From an uncultured bacterium (lineage in GTDB: Bacteria; Patescibacteriota; Minisyncoccia; Minisyncoccales; RBG-13-42-11), in NCBI GenBank assembly GCA_963790795.1, contig CAWBPO010000001.1:460073-524072 (forward strand): a stretch of DNA of 64,000 bases, written 5' to 3'. The notes under the pieces are model-generated. The model was not told the origin of the DNA and made no database searches. It saw nothing but the letters and a program-made list of their open reading frames with translations. A program made the translations under genes and the position numbers. Numbering within the stretch: position 1 is the stretch's first letter; the number at the start of each line of letters is the position of its first letter. Shown here one piece after another: positions 38,827 to 49,309 of the stretch.

Positions 38827-38841
38827 CTTTTATTTTAATAA

Positions 38842-39417
38842 TCAAATAATTTGTATTAAAGTTTCAATTAAATCAATTTTCCAAATTAAGAGAATTATTA
38901 AAATTATCGCAAGCGTAAAAGTAAAATTAATAAAAAATGGTAAGACTCCCAAAACACTCGGTCTCTTTAATTTTTTTATTTGCTCGCTAATATCTTTACC
39001 AATTCCTTCTTTTATAATATCTGTTATCCTTTTTAAACCAGCATCCACACCTTTTTTCGAATCAATATAATTTCCCCAGAGCCCCAGCGGAATTAACGCC
39101 AATAAGATAGTTAATATTATTCTGACCGAAAGAGTTATTTCAATCAGATCGCGATTAAAAGTAGCTACAACCAAAAGCATTGCGGAAAGAGCGCTTATAC
39201 TTGGTAAAAGAGACCATATTGCTCTGATTGAGTATTTTAACGATTCGCTTTCGTTTTCGAGCTTTTCTTTAGCCGACCATGCCTTCCCAAAATCCGACAT
39301 TGCCTTCTTAATTTTTTCCGGGTCTTCAATCATATCTTCAGACAACCCAAATCCTTTCAAGATATCTTCCATTGATTTCATTTTCTCTTCGAAAGATTCT
39401 TTTTCCTTTTCATTCAT
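38842..39417 (-). CDS. Membrane protein, function unknown
   Basis: 191 aa: acidic N-terminal segment, then 3-4 TM helices. Confidence 0.4.
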   Translation of the reverse strand: MNEKEKESFEEKMKSMEDILKGFGLSEDMIEDPEKIKKAMSDFGKAWSAKEKLENESESLKYSIRAIWSLLPSISALSAMLLVVATFNRDLIEITLSVRIILTILLALIPLGLWGNYIDSKKGVDAGLKRITDIIKEGIGKDISEQIKKLKRPSVLGVLPFFINFTFTLAIILIILLIWKIDLIETLIQII

Positions 39418-39554
39418 AATTTTTCTTACTTATAAGTTTTGAGTGAAAAACTATAAATTAAAAAATTTATTAATTGTTAATTCTTCTTTTCCTTGTTCAA
39501 CTAATTCAAACTCAAATTTCTTATTTAATTTAAACTGGACAAGTTTAAGTTTAT

Positions 39555-41931
39555 TCATTCAATTTTTTGAATATTCATTTTATCAAAGACTGCTTTCTTA
39601 TATTGAGTATCCGGATTACCGATTAAATGCTCTCCCTTGCTTTCTATCACATATACAAGCTCTAACGAGTTATTTTTATTTTTCTTTGCGACAATAAAAT
39701 CAGGATGAATTTTATCTTCTCTCCATCCTCTAATTGCATACCATCTTTTATCTTCTGCTATATTCCGCACCCACCATAATACATTTTCCTTTTTGTCTAT
39801 CAAATCAGCAACTTTTTTCTCCAATGGATTCATGGAAAGGATATCTGATTTTTCAAACAGGTTAAGACTAAATGTTTCTATTCCTTCTGGATATATTTCA
39901 TTTTCTTTCGGTAATGAATAGCCTATAGTTTTATCTGGGGAAATTGCCAAAATTAATTTTTTGAATTTAATTAGAAAATTAAAAATCATGCTTTCCTGCT
40001 TTCTTTTTCCTGTGATAATTTATTGATAATCTCTTGTGTCAAAAATCCACTATTGGATTTTAATTTTTTCTGATTTGTGTATTTTTTACATTCTTCTATA
40101 AAGTCACTTGCTAAATCATAAGCTATAAAAGCATTATCAACAACATCAGAAATCCTACGTGTGAGATAGGAAATCTCAATAATCCCGCCATTTTCTTCAT
40201 GTAGGTATTTTTTCTATAACTATCTAACTGATTAGAAATTCGTAATTGATGCTTTTTTCATCAAGCAAGGGAAAAAGTTCTTCTTTAATCCATTTGCTAT
40301 AATCAAAACTCTTCCAATCAATCCTGGGTTTTATATCTACATCATAAGAAAATCTGCGATAGTTGCGATTCTCTTTTACCGTCCATACCGGTAAATATAA
40401 CGACTCGGGATATTTATTTAAAATCTTCTTCTTAATTTTAATTTTGATTTTTCTCGTTCCAGTTGGACCAGACTCTGGACTAATATTTTGGAATAGATCT
40501 TCAAGTCCTTCTTGCTCAAAGCCTCTTTTAATATTATTAAAAACCTCTCCTGTCGTACCTTTTGTGAAATAAACATAACTTTCGTCAAGCTCTGGAATGC
40601 CTATTTTCTTGGCATAAGGTTGTCTTAAAACTCTCCCTACTAATTGAGTCATTGATGACTCTGATCTAGCCTTGGGATAACCCCAAGAATATAAGCAAAA
40701 GAACAATCCCAACCTTCTTTTAGAGCTTCTTTAGTGATAATATATCTGATTTCGCTATCTCTTGATAATAGTTTTTCTTCCTTAATTTCATCTAATTCGC
40801 TTGATTTAACAGCTATCTCAAAAGATGGGACCCTGTTTCGATTAGGTATTCTCTAACATCTTCACTGTGGACAAACCTTTTGCCTCTTTGTTCATTACCC
40901 GTTCTTTCTGCTTGTATTAAAACTATAGGACGAATATAAACTCCTTTATTCCTGTCTAATTCCGTAGCTATCTTATCAAGCGCTTCTCTTTTCCTCTTTA
41001 TATTGTTTATCATTTCATGCCAATTTCCACTTATCGTTGGAGAATGTAAATGCATATCAAGTTTAATCATGCCTGCTTTTTCCAATTCTTTGCCGGTAAT
41101 TTCAATTAAAACATTCATTTGCCTGCGTTCTCTTGGGGTAGCAGATAATCCGATAATCATTGATGGATTTAAACCATCAAGGGTATCTTTCGCAATATCA
41201 GAAAACATAGTGTGGAATTCATCTACAATTATTAGCGGGTTGAGTGTCCTGATTACATTTCCTAAACTTGTTTTAATAATCCTTCTCTTAGAAAACTTAT
41301 CTAATATTGAATCCAAATTGGGAATTTCTTCTAATAGTTTTTGATGTTCATTATATTGGTTATCAAAAGGAAAGAATTCTATATATCCTCCACTATCTTG
41401 AAATACTTTCATGTTTTCTTTGGTGGTTCTGCTGGCGGATTGAATCATGAGCATTAAAATTACTAAATTCTCATCCACATCTTGTTTCCGTATGGATTGC
41501 CCTTTTTCTATAATTAAAGTTCTGTTACCGCTGCATTGATCGAGCCATTGCCGGTAAATATGGTTTTTATCTCTTAACTTCTCGATTGTTTGCCTATAAA
41601 TAGTCTCTCTATGGGTTATCCAAACCACAAGTCCAGTTCTCTTCTTTGCAAATATATTTTGGTACTCACGAATGGCTTCTATCGCTAAAAGTGTTTTCCC
41701 ACCTGCGGTAGGTACTTTTATACAAAATCGAGGATAGGATTTACCTAAACCATTTTGCGGGCGATCTGCAAAATTTCGCTTCAGTGCCCTATAGGTAGCA
41801 TCAACATACAGATTTTCGTCAATCTTTTCTAATGCGCTTTTGTTCTTTTCGGCTACGGTATAAAATTTTTTAAGCGCTTTGACTACTTTTATTTGATAAT
41901 CTTTTAAGACCATTGTTTTATCTCTTTTCAA
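39555..41931 (-). pseudogene. res: Type III restriction enzyme Res subunit, broken into at least four frames
   Basis: ORF 40813-41931 carries helicase motifs I VPTAGGKT, II IIVDEFHTM and III GLSATP. ORF 40224-40712 carries motif VI TQLVGRVLRQ. An unlisted piece at 39990-40223 and ORF 39555-39989 complete the C-terminus. Confidence 0.7.
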
Positions 41932-43600
41932 AAAGACTATAAGGAATACTTACAAAAGTGATATTGAATTTTTCTAAATAATCTTCATCTAAGAAACAGG
42001 CGGGAGCATAAACAATTTTTCTCCTCTTATTGTTTTTACTTATATTTTCCGCCCATTCAAGAGTGAGAGCTAAGTTTTTTAATTTTTCTTTATTATTCTT
42101 GTATATTAGATAAATTGATTCCTTGCCGTTTTTGCCTACAAGATAACCCTTTTCATTTATCGATTTTCCATTGATCATTGTTCTGCCGGTTGCCAAATAA
42201 TAAACATATTTAGCAAGATCTTTATAGGTAGGCAATTTACCAGCTAAAATTGAGTCCGCATCAATTTTTGGCCCTAATTTCATATAGGAAAAACCGGCAT
42301 CTAATTTTATATTTATCAATTACTCTTTTTACTCTTTCTCTTGTAATTTCATGAACATATCTAAATCCCGCTTTATATGCAGGTTTATCTTTTTTTATTT
42401 TTTCTGGTAATTGGACTAAAATAAATTTTCTATTTCCTCTATCTTCTTTATTTAAAGTTAAAACCGCGTGTCCGTAGTTCCAGACCCAGCAAAAGAATCA
42501 AGGATTATATCAGAAGAAGAAGTTGACGAAACCAGTAATCTTAAAATCGTATTTACTGGTTTAGGGTAAGGGAAAATTTTCTCATTTCCAAAAAGCTCTT
42601 TTAGTTCCCTTGTCCCTATTTCTGTTCTGAAATCCTTCTCTGTCCAAATACTTGGCGTTTTTGCTCTCAACTCATCTTTTAAATATTTTTTAAAGAAAGC
42701 GTCATATACATATTCCCCATTTCTTTTAACTTTACGAATTTCTATAAATTCTTTGTCTTTTTCTACTTTTTCCCTACTCCAAATCCAACGACCATCCCCT
42801 CCTTCTGGAAGAATCGGTAAAATTTCAATGTCATAGCCAAGTTCTTTTTTTATAGTTGAAATTTTATTTTTTTTATCATTGTAATAAATTGAAAAATATA
42901 AAGAAGGGACATCTTCTCTTTTTTCTGCGACGCCATGTTGTCTTAATCTTTCAGTTAGAAATTTTCCCCTTTTTCACTCTTGTCTTTTATATTGTTTTAT
43001 TTGTTTTTCTGATAAAGGCAATCCAGAGAGAATGGTATTTTCTGAATTCCCATATATCAAAATATAATCGCCCATTAACGAGATACTGCTACCCGATTGT
43101 CTGCCTCCGGGAGTAGATTTTACTGTAATATTACCTATAAAATTACTTTCACCAAAAATTTCATTCATTAATTGTTTTAAATTATACAATTCATTGTCAT
43201 CAATACTTATGAATATAACACCGTCTTCACATAACAACTCTCGCAACAATTTTAGTCTCGGCGTCATCATGCAAAGCCACTTATCGTGCCGAGTCAAATC
43301 GTCAGCACCAACCGTTTTGCCTATCCAATCCTTTATAAGGGGACTATTTACGTTGTCACTATAGATCCAATTTTCATTTCCGATATTATAGGGCGGATCA
43401 ATGTAAATACATTTTATTCTTCCTTGATATTGAGGAAGCAAGCTTTTGAGTCCAATTAAATTATCTCCCTCGATTATTAAATTCTCATCTTCATTCTCCC
43501 CTTTTAATGATAATTTTTTATCTTTTTCTAAGATCTGATAAGGAACAGACAAGTGATGATTCCAAATTACGTTTTTACCCTTGAAATTTATTGATGGCAT
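41918..43600 (-). pseudogene. mod: Type III R-M Mod (N6-adenine/N4-cytosine) methyltransferase, broken into at least three frames
   Basis: IYIDPPYNIGNENW (motif IV) in ORF 42974-43600 and ILDSFAGSGTT (motif I) in ORF 42458-42670. C-terminal piece is 41918-42319, overlapping res by 14 nt. Confidence 0.7.
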
Positions 43601-43626
43601 ATTTTTTGCTTCATTAAGTTGCTAAT

Positions 43627-43804
43627 TTTATTTTAATAATTTCAAGATATCCGATTTTTTATACCGTCTATCTCTACGATTACCAAAACGAATGGCCTTG
43701 AGAACGCCTTTATTGTCCCAGTTTCTAAGGGTATTCGGGTGAACGTTTAATAGTTCACAAACCTGCTTCATTGTTAAAATCTCTGGTAATTTGTCTTTAT
43801 CCAT
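43627..43804 (-). pseudogene. Excisionase/MerR-type HTH protein, probably carrying a 1-nt frameshift
   Basis: ATG 43804 gives MDKDKLPEILTMKQVCELLNVHPNTLRNWDNKGVLKAIRFG, then stops after GGTAAATCGTAG. Removing one A of the AAA run gives ..NRRDRRYKKSDILKLLK*, ending at 43627. Confidence 0.5.
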
Positions 43805-43872
43805 AATTCGGTATAAAATAAGGTAAACCTACCATAAGTTTACAATCAATTAAGACAAAAGTAAAGTAAAAT

Positions 43873-44127
43873 ATGGACTTCAAAGAAAAAAACAAGTTCG
43901 CGAGGAAACTAATCCGTTGCCCAAGATGTAATAAACCCCTCGCCGAAAAAAGAGGAAATCAAATCTACTTAATGAAATACAACAAAGGAAAACCAATGTA
44001 TGTAAAACTTGAAGTTAATCACGATGCAGGAGGACGTTTTGAGATAAGTTGTGATTGCGGCGGCTATTTGGTAACTACCGTAAAGGCGCTTGAGATGACG
44101 TATGCTATCAAAAACAAAAGTGAATAA
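43873..44127 (+). CDS. Small zinc-ribbon protein
   Basis: 84 aa with CPRC...CDCGG cysteine pairs. Divergent from the HTH gene. Confidence 0.45.
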   Translation: MDFKEKNKFARKLIRCPRCNKPLAEKRGNQIYLMKYNKGKPMYVKLEVNHDAGGRFEISCDCGGYLVTTVKALEMTYAIKNKSE

Positions 44128-44137
44128 ACGCACGTAC

Positions 44138-44166
44138 TTGACACGGATTTATAATCAGGTTACTAT
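44138..44166 (+). promoter_or_regulatory. Sigma70-type promoter
   Basis: TTGACA (44138-44143), 17-nt spacer, TACTAT (44161-44166). Confidence 0.4.
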
Positions 44167-44197
44167 TAAAATGTAAGTTGAAAATTTAATCGAGCAA

Positions 44198-44260
44198 GTC
44201 CGGAACGCCCGGACATGTATCTATACGAAAGTATGGGTATGTGTCCGGGCGTTTTTATTT
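44198..44260 (+). terminator. Strong intrinsic terminator
   Basis: ACGCCCGGACA...TGTCCGGGCGT stem (44205-44252) with an inner ATAC-GAAA-GTAT hairpin, followed by TTTTTATTT. Confidence 0.65.
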
Positions 44261-44413
44261 ACCAAAGAGTAATGGTCGACACTCCCCTATCATTTATTCG
44301 TTAATGGTCGAAATGAATAAATAACGAAAAATAATTAATAAAAACTTTCTGCGTCTAAGATTTATTACTGACATTAAACTTAAAGGTAATAATCAAAAAC
44401 GCAGATACTAACC

Positions 44414-45838
44414 ATGAACACTAATATCGAAACGAAAGTAATAAAAGTAAAAGACATAAGGCCAAATCCTAAAAATCCTAAAAAACACTGGGTAGAAAAA
44501 ATCTCGGAGAGCATGAAAGAAATGGGATATGTAGAACCGATTGTGTTGGATGAGAATAATATGATTCTGGCCGGCCACGGTAGATTAAAAGTATTGAAAG
44601 AAAACAGGGTTAAAGAAATAGAGGTCATAGTCAAAAGAGGGTTAACCGAAAAGCAAAAGGAAAAATACATGCTGTTAAGTAATAGACTGGTTGAAGCAGG
44701 AGGCTGGGATTTAGACCTCCTTAAAGAATTTGACGAATCTTTATTATTAGATTCGGGATTCAACGATGAAGATATGGACCAAATTTTTGGATTGGAAACA
44801 GAGGATAATTTTGACTTAAATAAGGAAATAGAAAAAATTACTCATGGCAAGAGACGTGTAAAAAACGGCGATCTCTGGGAACTGGGAAATCATAAACTTG
44901 TTATAGGAGACTGTACGAAAGAAAAAAGCTGGAAGATATTGTTTGGAGATGAAAAATATGATTTTCTATTTAGTGATCCGCCGTACCGAATCGGATATGG
45001 AATAGGAAACAGGAAGCAGAAGACAAAAGAAGGAATGGTCATTCAAAAATTTAGGACATACGACACAATCGGTCCGACAACCAAAGACGGAAAACCATTA
45101 AAAAATAATCCACCAAACACTAAATTCGGATTTAAACAAAACAGAGAATATTTAGGTGTAAAACAGTTAGGAGGGGTACCAGAATATGATGATTGGTTAA
45201 GTATCGCAAATAAATATCAAAATCCGATCGGCGCCAATATAATGATATTTGAGAATTGGAGAAATACGGTGGGATTATGGCAGGCTATTGAAAAATATTG
45301 GAAGATAAGAAACATGGTGATTTGGTTTCTGTACAATAGATGCCAAGGTTTTTCGGCAAAACACAAGTTTTTTTCGAAGTACGACATCGCTCCCCTAGCC
45401 GATAAAGGAAGGGCGGTACACAACGAAGGATATGAAGAAGAACTTGAAAAATATTTGGAAACCAAAGGACAAAGATTATTAGATACATACGAAGTAATTC
45501 TTTATGGTCAAAAAGGTAAAAGTTATTGGGATAAAAAGAAAGGAACAAGATGGGCTAAAGTAAACGACCATATAAGTTGGACAGCGGAAACCGGATCGTC
45601 CAGCGGACAATCCGTCGTATTCGGGACGAAACCCTTACCTATATTGGTGCCTTTTGTCAAAATCCTTTCTCCAAGAAACGGAATAGTGGCCGAGCCATTT
45701 GCTGGAAGCGGATCAACAATTTTAGCTTCAGAAATCATGCATAGAAAATGCCTCGCGATAGAAATTTCAGACATATATGGGGAAGTAATTATAAATAGGT
45801 TCGAACGTTTTACTAATATAAAAGCTAAAAAACTATGA
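44414..45838 (+). CDS. ParB-like nuclease domain fused to a DNA methyltransferase (beta-class N6A/N4C)
   Basis: N-terminal IKVKDIRPNPKNPKKH..ILAGHGRL is ParB/Srx-like. LFSDPPYRIGYG is motif IV and AEPFAGSGSTILA is motif I. Confidence 0.8.
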   Translation: MNTNIETKVIKVKDIRPNPKNPKKHWVEKISESMKEMGYVEPIVLDENNMILAGHGRLKVLKENRVKEIEVIVKRGLTEKQKEKYMLLSNRLVEAGGWDLDLLKEFDESLLLDSGFNDEDMDQIFGLETEDNFDLNKEIEKITHGKRRVKNGDLWELGNHKLVIGDCTKEKSWKILFGDEKYDFLFSDPPYRIGYGIGNRKQKTKEGMVIQKFRTYDTIGPTTKDGKPLKNNPPNTKFGFKQNREYLGVKQLGGVPEYDDWLSIANKYQNPIGANIMIFENWRNTVGLWQAIEKYWKIRNMVIWFLYNRCQGFSAKHKFFSKYDIAPLADKGRAVHNEGYEEELEKYLETKGQRLLDTYEVILYGQKGKSYWDKKKGTRWAKVNDHISWTAETGSSSGQSVVFGTKPLPILVPFVKILSPRNGIVAEPFAGSGSTILASEIMHRKCLAIEISDIYGEVIINRFERFTNIKAKKL

Positions 45839-46275
45839 AAAGAGATAAACTCAAAAATTCACTAATTGAGCAGTTGAAAGAAATGCCAATCCTACAATTC
45901 TCTTTGAGGAAAGCTGGTATTAGCAGGGCCAGTTATTACAGGTGGATGAAAGACCCGGAATTTGCCAAAGAAGCCGATGCAGCCATTGCTGAGGGCGAGG
46001 CATTAATTACGGATTTAAGCCAGTCTCAGCTGATTTCTCTTATCCGCGACCGTAATTTCCCAGCCCTGCAACTCTGGCTCAAAGCACACCATCCGAAGTA
46101 TAGCAATAAAGTCGAACTGACCGGCCACCTTAATATAAAGGAAGAACCTTTAACTCCCGAGCAGGAAGAATTGGTTGAAAAAGCACTCGGGTTGGCCGGA
46201 TTATTAGAAACTAAACAAATTCAACAAAACCATGAAGGAGATACCTCAAAATCTACCGGAGGGAATAAATCTTGA
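45835..46275 (+). CDS. HTH protein in the terminase small-subunit position
   Basis: SLRKAGISRASYYRWMKDPEF HTH. ATGA overlap with the methyltransferase stop, and located upstream of TerL. Confidence 0.5.
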   Translation: MKRDKLKNSLIEQLKEMPILQFSLRKAGISRASYYRWMKDPEFAKEADAAIAEGEALITDLSQSQLISLIRDRNFPALQLWLKAHHPKYSNKVELTGHLNIKEEPLTPEQEELVEKALGLAGLLETKQIQQNHEGDTSKSTGGNKS

Positions 46276-47692
46276 GATTTTAAAACAAATTCTCAAGGAT
46301 AGAAAAGTAATGATAGCCATTACCCAACGAAGCTTCTTTTACTTCTTCTACATTTATTTTGGTCGCTACATTAAATGTCCAATTGCACCCTTTCACTTTG
46401 AAATGTTTGGAATCGCTCAGAATGAAAAAGTGAAGCGAGCCGGAGTAATGACTTTCCGTAATTCCGCAAAGTCGACGATTCTAAACACCGCTTACAGTCT
46501 GTGGGCCATTATGGGCACACCTCAAAAGAAACACGTTGTCATAGCCAGCCAAACTCAGCAAAGATCCAAAGACCATTTAATGAATATCAGGAAAGAAATC
46601 GAAGGCAATCAGTTATTAAGCGAAAACCTCGGCCCTTTTAGTGTTGGGGAAGATCGGTGGGGTGCTACCACTTTGATAATTCCTGCTTACAAAGCGAGAA
46701 TTAGTGCCATCTCGGTAGAAGAAGGTATCCGCGGTCTTAAAGAAGGTCCTAACCGACCGGATTTGATTATCGCCGACGACATCGAAGACTCAAATTCCGT
46801 GAAAACAAGAGAGATGAGAGATAAAACATTCAACTGGTTTACCGGAGAACTCATACCTTTAGGAGAAACCGATACCAAAGTAATAGTCCTCGGCAATTTC
46901 CTTTATCAGGACTCGGTTCTTTTTAGGCTTGGAGAAATGATTAAAGAAGGAAAAATGAAAGGAGTTTTTCTTCACGTTCCGCTTGTTGATAAAAATAACA
47001 AGATTGCCTGGCCGGGAAAATTCCCTTCTTTGGAAGCGGTAGAAGAATTAAGGCAAAGTGTTGGCAACGAAATAACCTGGCAAAGAGACTTCTTGCTGCG
47101 TGCTATTCCCGATGACTTTCAGATTGTTCATCCTGAACATATTCATTATTACGACGGATTACCGAGCCAAGAAAGAGGTAATGGATATAAGTATACGTGG
47201 ACGGCTGTTGACCCGGCTATTTCAGAAAAAAGCAGCGCGGACTTTACAGCCATGGTTTCGGCCCAGATACACGGCAGTGAAGAAAACTTAAAAATTTATA
47301 TCTTACCCAATCCAATTAATAAACGAATGGATTTCCCGACTGCAGTAGAACAAATTAAAAGAATATCAAAAATCCTCGGCAAAGGAAGACCGACTAAAGT
47401 TTTTATTGAGAGTAATGCTTTCCAAGATTCTCTAGCTCAACAATTAAAATACCAAAATTACCTCGTAGAAAGCGTAAAAACATCGGGAGATAAAAAAGAA
47501 AGACTCAATCTTGTTAGTCCGCTGATTGAAAACGGCACCATTCTTTTTCCGCGAAAAGGAGCAGAAGAACTTATTGAACAATTGGTTAATTTTGGGATTG
47601 AAAAACATGATGATTTAGTAGATGCTTTTACCATGCTTGTTTTTAAAACATTGGAAAATAATCGCCCAATTCCAAGTATAACCTGGATTTAG
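46232..47692 (+). CDS. terL: Phage terminase large subunit
   Basis: ATPase region TFRNSAKST ... LIIADDIED, and a C-terminal RNase H-like nuclease region AVDPA..SADFTA..ESNAFQ..HDDLVDA. Confidence 0.82.
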   Translation: MKEIPQNLPEGINLEILKQILKDRKVMIAITQRSFFYFFYIYFGRYIKCPIAPFHFEMFGIAQNEKVKRAGVMTFRNSAKSTILNTAYSLWAIMGTPQKKHVVIASQTQQRSKDHLMNIRKEIEGNQLLSENLGPFSVGEDRWGATTLIIPAYKARISAISVEEGIRGLKEGPNRPDLIIADDIEDSNSVKTREMRDKTFNWFTGELIPLGETDTKVIVLGNFLYQDSVLFRLGEMIKEGKMKGVFLHVPLVDKNNKIAWPGKFPSLEAVEELRQSVGNEITWQRDFLLRAIPDDFQIVHPEHIHYYDGLPSQERGNGYKYTWTAVDPAISEKSSADFTAMVSAQIHGSEENLKIYILPNPINKRMDFPTAVEQIKRISKILGKGRPTKVFIESNAFQDSLAQQLKYQNYLVESVKTSGDKKERLNLVSPLIENGTILFPRKGAEELIEQLVNFGIEKHDDLVDAFTMLVFKTLENNRPIPSITWI

Positions 47693-47782
47693 TTATCAAC
47701 TGATGGGGTCTGGACTCCCTAGAAGGGTTGCGGCATCCTTGTTCCAAAGGTCGAGAATATAACTAATTGAGCGTTTAAGACC

Positions 47783-49105
47783 ATGGAACAAGCAACAATA
47801 CAACCGAATACTCCCCAATCACCTATTATTGCTCCTCATATAAAGTATTGTCTGTATGCCAGGAAATCAAGCGAAACCGAAGAAAGACAAATTCTCAGCA
47901 TCGATAGTCAGGTTAAAGAAATGTTAGAAATTGGCCAGCGAGACAATCTAGAAGTTGTAGAAATAAAAAGAGAATCTCATTCGGCAAAAGATTCGGGTCG
48001 GAGACCCGTATTTGCCCAGATGCTTAAAGAAATTAACGAAGGAAAGTTCGGCGGCATCCTCACCTGGGCACCAGACCGACTCAGCAGAAATGCAGGAGAT
48101 CTTGGCTGTTTGGTTGATTTGATGGATCAGAAGATACTTCAGGAAATTAGAACCTACGGACAAAGATTTACCAACTCTCCAAACGAAAAGTTTTTACTGA
48201 TGATTCTGGGAAGCCAGGCAAAACTAGAAAACGACAATAAAAGCGTTAATGTAAAACGCGGCTTGAGAACCAAAGTTGAAATGGGGTTATGGCCGAGCGT
48301 TGCACCGACCGGATACCTGAACGAAAAAAGAAGCGATCGAAAAGGATACGTAATAATAGATCCTTATAGATCCCCTGTTATCAAGCAAATGTTTGAAAAG
48401 GTTGCACGCGAAGAATTGAGCGGAAGAAAATTATACCAATGGTTGAAGGACATAAGATTTAAGGCAAGGAGCGGAAAACCGCTCTCCCTCAGTAACGTCT
48501 ATTCGATTCTAAAAAACCCTTTCTATTACGGAACCTTTGAATTCCCCAAGAACAGCGGAAATTGGTATGCAGGAAAGCATACCCCCATAATCACGAAAGA
48601 ATTATATGATAAGGTACAGGAGCAGTTGGCAAAAGAATCTCACGCAAGAATAAACAACAAAGAATTCGCTTTTACGCGACTGCTGACTTGCGGTTTGTGC
48701 GGTTCGGGTGTTACCGCCGAAGAAAAGTTTAAAAAGCTCAAAGACGGCTCGGTAAATCGTCACGTTTATTACGGCTGCACCAGAAGCAGAGATTTGAACT
48801 GCAAATGCGGATATATACGGGAAGAAGATTTAATTAAACAGCTAATAGACCTGTTGGATAAAATAAATCTGAATAAGCTCGGCGTAAAAGAAAATCTGGA
48901 AGAAGAAAGAAAAAGATACGATAAATTCAGAAAAGCCGTACTGGGCCTAAGAGAGAAAGACGAACAGGCGGTAAAAGAAATTAACATCAAGAATTACGCC
49001 AGATATGTCCTTACGGAAGGAACCATATTGGAAAAAAGGGAGCTTCTTTATAACCTCAGGAGTAAATTGATACTGAAGCATAAGGTGGTTTATCTGGAAA
49101 AATAA
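47783..49105 (+). CDS. Large serine recombinase (integrase type)
   Basis: CLYARKSSETEERQILSIDSQ catalytic-Ser region, a recombinase domain, a zinc beta-ribbon CGLCGS...YYGC and a coiled-coil tail. Confidence 0.9.
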   Translation: MEQATIQPNTPQSPIIAPHIKYCLYARKSSETEERQILSIDSQVKEMLEIGQRDNLEVVEIKRESHSAKDSGRRPVFAQMLKEINEGKFGGILTWAPDRLSRNAGDLGCLVDLMDQKILQEIRTYGQRFTNSPNEKFLLMILGSQAKLENDNKSVNVKRGLRTKVEMGLWPSVAPTGYLNEKRSDRKGYVIIDPYRSPVIKQMFEKVAREELSGRKLYQWLKDIRFKARSGKPLSLSNVYSILKNPFYYGTFEFPKNSGNWYAGKHTPIITKELYDKVQEQLAKESHARINNKEFAFTRLLTCGLCGSGVTAEEKFKKLKDGSVNRHVYYGCTRSRDLNCKCGYIREEDLIKQLIDLLDKINLNKLGVKENLEEERKRYDKFRKAVLGLREKDEQAVKEINIKNYARYVLTEGTILEKRELLYNLRSKLILKHKVVYLEK

Positions 49106-49150
49106 AGAGATTCGGGTATAATAAAAGTATAAAATTAAATATCGCCTAAA

Positions 49151-49294
49151 CCTTATAATTCTATAAGGCATGGCACAAAAACCCATCGAAGATATTAAGC
49201 TCGTCGTCAGAGCACTCTTCGATGGGTCATATCGGGAAACCGGTATGGGTCCCGCAAGGGATCGCTGGCGGCGAGCTTTGTGGTTTCCGCCGGC
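49151..49294 (+). ncRNA. Candidate structured RNA / long 5' leader (five hairpins, three capped by GNRA loops)
   Basis: Hairpins: CCTTATA-ATTC-TATAAGG; CCCATCGAAGA...TCTTCGATGGG; CATATCGG-GAAA-CCGGTATG; GGTCCC-GCAA-GGGATC; GCTGGCGG...CCGCCGGC. The segment is locally GC-rich, with a GGTATAAT box at 49115-49122. Confidence 0.4.
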
Positions 49295-49309
49295 CCAAAA
49301 AGGAAAATT

